Assembly: GCA_030141605.1 (NCBI GenBank)
Contig: JAQGDQ010000225.1
Span: 186,001 to 250,000, forward strand
Length of the DNA: 64,000 bases
Direction of reading: 5' to 3'
Source: Tubiluchus corallicola
Lineage: Eukaryota; Animalia; Priapulida
Part shown: positions 59,001 to 64,000 of the stretch, piece after piece
How positions within the stretch are numbered: position 1 is the stretch's first letter
Layout: the number at the start of each line of letters is the position of its first letter
The notes under the pieces: generated by a model
Database searches by the model: none
Told to the model about the DNA's origin: nothing
The model's input: only the letters and a program-made list of their open reading frames with translations
Translations under genes and position numbers: made by a program

Positions 59001-61562
59001 TTCAAATCTAGTGGCAAAATCATTGTTAAAATTTTATCATGAAAGTCCAACAAAAATGTCTAAATTGCAGCGATAAGCAAGCTTTGAAAGTAACAGAAGA
59101 ACCAAATCTCACAACACGTCTCTTGTTACTATTTCTGATGCTGCATTGCAAAAACGTTATGATTGAATGAACCCTAATGATATGTACAAATAATGTTAAG
59201 ATTTTTAGCGAGGTTCAGCAACATCTCCCAGTTTTGAAACAAGAAAGTCAATTCCCATTTCTGCTTCTCCCTGAGGATAAAGTTATACAACATGTTTCAG
59301 CGTTGCTTCTAGGACTCTGAAGAGGATTTGTTGATATTTAGACCTCAGAACAGTATCATCCAACAAGCAGGGGGCACACAGCTCACCAGGGGCATGCAGC
59401 TAAGCTTCTAAAGAGGGACCCTTTGACGGCAGTGGTTATTGATGGGTTAGTGTATCAATGTCTGCGCCCATGGAAGGTCCGGAATAGTATTTGCTCAGGT
59501 CTTGCCTTCAAATCAGCGAGTTGTAGCAAATCAAACAGACTGCCACCAGCTATATATGTCATTATACAGGGCCAGGCTTGGCCAACGCAACAAAGACTTT
59601 ACGAGCAAGGGGATAGTTTTTGCATTAAGAGGTTGTGAGGTGCCGGGAGGAGTTTTCTTAAAAAGGCGTCACGTCCGGAAAAAGAAAAATGGTTCACTGA
59701 AAAGAAAGACGCTTCTTCTTCTTCTTCTTCTTCACTGTTTTCATAGTCAATACTGTCGTCACCATGAAAATTACAGTCATCACTACTATCCCCGGTGCTG
59801 CCCTTACCACTGCTTCTCTGCAATGATGATGTTATCAGTGCTATCATCACTATTATCATCGTCAATGTTGCCACTATCATCACCATCGGTATCATCATCC
59901 CATCATCATCGTCATCGTCGTGTCATCATCATCATGGTCGGCGTCGTCAGCATCATCATCATTAACGTCATTTTCATCGTCATCATTATCAGTTATCAGA
60001 AATAGGCGTCATGATTGCTGCCACAGCTGGCGTCATTGTCATCATCATCATCATCATCATGGTCGGCATCGTCAGCATCATCATTATCAATTATCAGAAA
60101 TAGGCGCCATGACTACTGCCACAGCTGGCATCATTGTCATCGTTGCTTTTATCATCAGCATCTCCAACAGAAGCAGTAACAACAACTTTAACACACTGTC
60201 TCACATCACTTAATTTACTCATGCTAATTTAAGTGTTTTGTGATAATGTATAATTTATGCTAATGTGTGTTTTATCCTATTTTTGCTTGTCACACAGGAA
60301 ACAGACGCTCCAGACATTGCGCCCACACAGGGAAAATTTACAGCACAGCTCGGGAAAAAATTTGAAGCATTCTGACAAAAATTCTTCCACCAGGAGAAAC
60401 TCCTGGTTCAGATACCACCAGCGTTTAACAAAGGAACTTCTTTGTTTGCTTACTTCTATACAATTGATTTATTTAAGTTCAAGGAAAACATTGCAGGATA
60501 TACAGTAACAGTGAGTCGCTATAGTTGCTATTATTTAATGCTAGTTAAGAGGTTACGACAGTTCCGGACCCAAGTTCTGTGATTGCAAACCTCCTGAAAT
60601 ACTTTTACTTCTCAACAAAGAAATTTGATCAGCTAGATCAGTTGTTAAAGTCTGTGTATTACTTAAATAATTTGTTAAGCAAACTCCCTCACTTGTCACA
60701 AAGTTCTGCAAGGAATTTTTACGTGACCGAGTAACTTTTTTCTTCTTTTTTAATTACATAGCTTACTTGATGTTATTTCATTAAAAAAAAGAAAAAATCC
60801 ATTTTATACTGCATTTCATAAAATACATTAAATTATTATTTTAGCACTTCATCTGCCATGTAGTCTAATTAATACAGTCACTGGCATAGGCCAGCAATTG
60901 TCATGAATGTCACTATATTAGACAAGACTGCACGCCAGCAAAAATGCAAGTACAGCTGCTGCTCTAAAATAAGTTCGATAATACTTTAATTTTCAAAAAT
61001 TATTTTTAATCACAAAAACGTATAACTAGAGCAATATAAAATAGAAATTGCGAGGCAGTTTCAAAGTTTCGAATTTGTTTTTTCTTCAGTTGTGTATTCA
61101 AAGATGTCACCACAAGGACTTCGATAAACAGACGCTGCTCAATCAAACATTCGCAACATTATAAACTTTAAAAGATTTTACATGTAATTTCTTTCTTTTA
61201 TTTATTCATCTTATTTACCTTGTTTTATTTATTGATAATTTATTTCTATTTTATTTATTATTTCAATTTTATTTACTTATAATTTATTTCTTTGTCGACT
61301 GAACATTTGTTTGCCTATCAAATAGACAACAAGCAGACAAAATGGAAGAACAGTTAACAAACAATTTGAAAATTCAAAAAAAGTTTAATATACTCACTTC
61401 TGCATCTTGTTCTGACAGCACTTGGTTTGCATTCTTATTTACAATGTACTTCATCCTGTCTTGGTGGTCTCTAGACAAGAAGAAAGATTCACCGGTAGCA
61501 AAGGCAGAAATCACTAGGACAACAAATCCACAAAACAACACGTGTTGCGTAATATCAGCCAT
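47023..61562 (-). CDS. MMP21: Matrix metalloproteinase-21-like, about 639 aa, six coding exons
   Basis: Exons (minus): 61562-61398, 58980-58233, 53449-53165, 52546-52304, 51687-51509, 47322-47023 (TAA); phases compatible, sum 1920 nt. Signal peptide then FFLSRDHQD (like MMP21 'FHSRD.SD'), cysteine switch TRCGNRD, furin-type sites [33 protein letters not shown] zinc site, SIM Met-turn, [13 protein letters not shown] and [13 protein letters not shown] hemopexin signature, C-terminal WYDICDV. A 5'UTR intron acceptor lies at 61677-61678. Confidence 0.92.
48129..48164. promoter_or_regulatory. Adjacent YY1-like and CTCF-like motifs
   Basis: CGCCATCTT (48129-48137) and, on the minus strand, CCAGAAGAGGGCGCTG (48149-48164), close to the CTCF core CCASYAGRKGGCRS. 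Confidence 0.4.
48990..49495. mobile_element. Diverged copy of the Kolobok-like non-autonomous element at 62393
   Basis: Colinear similarity with 62480-62906 (AAAGTACAGT, TTTTTAAGTTT.AAATTC, ACGCATGATCT, ATAATTC.TTCA.GTA); ends GGTTTTCCTTTA. Confidence 0.7.
50010..50400. repeat. GA/GACA-rich purine low-complexity tract
   Basis: Degenerate (GA)n/(GACA)n; source of the spurious ORFs 49958-50421. Confidence 0.9.
50922..51201. mobile_element. PIF/Harbinger-type MITE, copy 2
   Basis: Homologous to 12583-12870 (AGAGAGCAAAACTT, CTCACTTCTCT.TTC, GCAACTGTCGGA, CACTTGCGAGTTT); TAA TSD (50919-50921, 51202-51204). Confidence 0.8.
51908..52190. mobile_element. Foldback MITE-like palindrome
   Basis: CATCCGGATGCGTATGCGTTTT (51932-51953) versus AAAACGCATACGCATCCAGATG (52083-52104): 21/22 inverted match; CACGTG near both outer ends. 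Confidence 0.6.
52665..52893 (+). mobile_element. tRNA-derived SINE with a Meta-like central domain and (ATT)n tail
   Basis: B-box GGTTCAACTCC (52713-52723). Central GAGTCATGCCAAGGACTTAAGAAATGGTACC...AAGCACGC resembles the MetaSINE domain. LINE-like tail ACCACCTTGGAAATA..TTATCC, (ATT)n end, candidate TSD TTAAAAC (52658-52664, 52894-52900). Confidence 0.75.
54678..55022. repeat. GAA/GA-rich purine low-complexity tract
   Basis: Includes (AGAAG)n; source of the spurious Phe/Leu/Ser-rich ORFs. Confidence 0.9.
59712..60190. repeat. Degenerate (CAT/CGT/CTT)n trinucleotide tract with an internal duplication of about 95 bp
   Basis: TTATCAGAAATAGGCG.CATGA.T.CTGCCACAGCTGGC.TCATTGTCATC occurs twice (about 59993 and 60091). 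Confidence 0.85.
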
Positions 61563-62392
61563 GTTCGTGTCTTTAAACATTTGATAGTCAATTCTCGCTT
61601 TAAATCACACGTTAATCCAATCAAGGTTCACAGGTCACCACAGTTCCTTGTCTGAGATTTCAAACCTCAAAGTTGTCTGCAAAAAAAACATTATACGTTT
61701 TTGGCAACATATTAGCATCAACTAGTTTCCGTTACCTGCTCAAATCTCTGTTTACAGCGGCAAAGATCAAACAAAATGAAAAATGTTTAAAACGAAGTAC
61801 TTCGGCTGCAAAAACGTTAACAAAGTCTTGACAACATTATTAAGCAACCGCAAGGTTTAAGGTCTGTCCTTTTTCATAAGCCACATTGTAGTCAATGCGG
61901 TTTTCCGAACATGGTGGTCGCTGCTCCGGTGTTGAGAAGGTGCAATCTAGCCATGACCACGTTTAAATCAACGGTTTTGTTAAATCGCAGAACATCAACA
62001 CTCTTCTAGATGCGCTCAGTTTGTAGTAAAATCAATTTACTCACAAACCTCAGAAAAAACCTCAGTGCTGATTACGACTTGCTAATGTAATTAATGTTGC
62101 TGCGTCTAATTTATGAACCTTGTACTTGTCCAAAGATGTACGTAATTATTCAACAGACAGTTAATTAAAATTTTACTTAAAACCGGAAGCGTACTCCGCA
62201 GCACCGCGGATTGCAATGGGAGCGTTAATTTAACCCTTGTCGAGTGGAGAGAGACTTTCACAACAATAAGGTATCGATACATTCGTCTTGACAGAAGTTA
62301 TGTCTTTTGTAATGCATGGTTAGCCGGTTACCGCCTATTTGTTACCCCATAATGTTGTGCTACTTTTTTGTTAGACATAGCTGCCAGATTAA

Positions 62393-62906
62393 AGGAAAAC
62401 AAAATGATTCTTCATATCCTACCCCTAAAGTATACATTTTAACACCTATCATAATGCCGAAGCGTTTCTGACAATTGAGTAATAGGCTAAAAACTTAATC
62501 AACGGCCAGCGAGCCCAACTACTATGACATCACAAGTGAACATAATTTTCAACAGCACACGCATTTCACGAAAAAAGTAAAGTACAGTGCCACAATACAA
62601 TATTTAGTGTGATGTACAAAATTCTGCAAATTTTAAGTTTTAAATTCAAATTTTAGGTTTACCGCTGTCTTGACGCATGATCTTTCGAACGTGTGCGCCA
62701 CATCACAACTGAACACATTTGAACAAGAGATATAGCACCTGTGTTTGTCCAATGTGTTTTCGGGATGCAATCGCTGGTACCTATCTAACTATAATAATTC
62801 CTTCACGTAAGTCATTCTTGAAAAAATGGTACATTCTTTTTAAAATGCTGTGTAGTTCTCAGAGTAGATTGTTTTGAGCTATAAGAGTTTTAAAATTGGT
62901 TTTCCT
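62393..62906. mobile_element. Kolobok-like non-autonomous DNA transposon
   Basis: TTAA|AGGAAAAC ... GTTTTCCT|TTAA (TSD 62389-62392, 62907-62910). RR..YY termini with a TTAA TSD are typical of Kolobok. A second copy lies at about 48990-49495. Confidence 0.75.
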
Positions 62907-63744
62907 TTAAAGGTACAGCCAGACAATTAGGAAAACAGTTTTCATACAACAAAATATAGGTACAGTATAAACAACTTGTTTTTTCGGTATGCCCAAAAAG
63001 AAAGCAAACAAAGCATCTCCAATTTCTTTTTCATAAATTTTATCACAACATGCTTCTTATACTAGCGAAGTGTTTTCAGAACCACTGTCTGTAAACTAGA
63101 CAAACATTATCACCGAGTTACTACAAGCTGGTACATATACATTCTACAATAACTAACATATTATAATTCATTGTGTAAAGCAGCATAAATACAAGAAAAA
63201 TCCCTGAATACGATAAATGCACTGGATGAATATAGGCCTATCATAGCAACCAACTAAATAAGACAGAAAGTCGGACACTTAGAAGCGGTATCCTTTACGA
63301 CAGAATAAAATGGACAGAGTGTTGGGTAACGCTAATGGGGCCAAAGCTCACGTGAGGGGGATATTTTTAAATCTCGAGCGTCGAACGTCCAAAAGCGAAA
63401 CAAGAGGGATTTCGATATGGAACGAGAAAGCCAGAAACAACAAAACGCTCAATGCCGAGCAAAACCAAATGCACAGACAAACCATCAGCACATGACCTCG
63501 AGTTCTCGAATTTACCATGGTGTAGGAGGAACTGGAAGGCGTCTGTGGCTGGCAATCCTGAAAAGAATTTGCTTTGTATCTTTTAAACAAATCAAGGTAT
63601 TCGTCTAAATGTTCACGCGTGCTCATGCTTTTTGGCTTGCGTAAAATTAACGCATAAACTCCCAGATTTCATACTTAGACCTGGTTTAAAGCTCAAGAAA
63701 GCACTATTCGTAAATAAAGCTTAGAAAGCAGGACTACCGGAAAA

Positions 63745-63925
63745 AGATTCACCTGAAAAGACAAGGGACCAGTGGACAAAGGACCACTAGGCCAATGTCA
63801 ACGGAAAATCATGTGACTGTGACCGCTTTGAAAGTGGCATAGCTGGTGATTTGTTCGGTTGTCCTTTGACCGGTAGTCCTTTGCCAGTTGGTCCTTTGTC
63901 CGATGGACCTTTGACCTACAGCCGT
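63745..63925. mobile_element. Foldback element with inverted arrays of about 15-bp repeats
   Basis: Left ACAAGGGACCA/ACAAAGGACCA; right GTCCTTTGACC, GTCCTTTGCCA, GGTCCTTTGTCC, GGACCTTTGACC at about 15-bp spacing. Confidence 0.55.
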
Positions 63926-64000
63926 ATACGGAATGAGGTAAAAGGGACAATCTGGACGTCATTCTTTGTCAATTCAGTTCTGTGTGTGAGACCTACTCTT

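Overview
AT-rich eukaryotic genomic DNA, most likely from a bilaterian invertebrate (inferred from gene content and repeat families). I found four protein-coding genes. (1) A 15-exon GRAMD1/Aster-like sterol transporter on + (147-21413); I traced the exons by hand and they splice into one open 607-aa frame. (2) A CENP-H-like kinetochore gene on - (25363-26151) with an intron-free CDS. (3) A 1860-aa DIDO1/PHF3/PPS-family gene on + (32921-38503; PHD-BRK-TFIIS-M-SPOC), also with an intron-free CDS and divergent from CENP-H. (4) An MMP21-like metalloproteinase on - with six coding exons (47023-61562). Introns and intergenic DNA hold a young 5'-truncated RTE LINE, a tRNA-derived Meta-type SINE, hAT, PIF/Harbinger, Kolobok and Tc1/mariner-type MITEs with readable TIRs/TSDs, decayed LINE and Penelope pieces, a minisatellite and local duplications. 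The most unusual feature is the head-to-head CENP-H/DIDO-PPS pair: both lack coding introns but keep a splice acceptor just upstream of the ATG, while both flanking genes are intron-rich. I found no convincing evidence of a wholly new multi-gene system. All family assignments come from motif recognition, not database searches.
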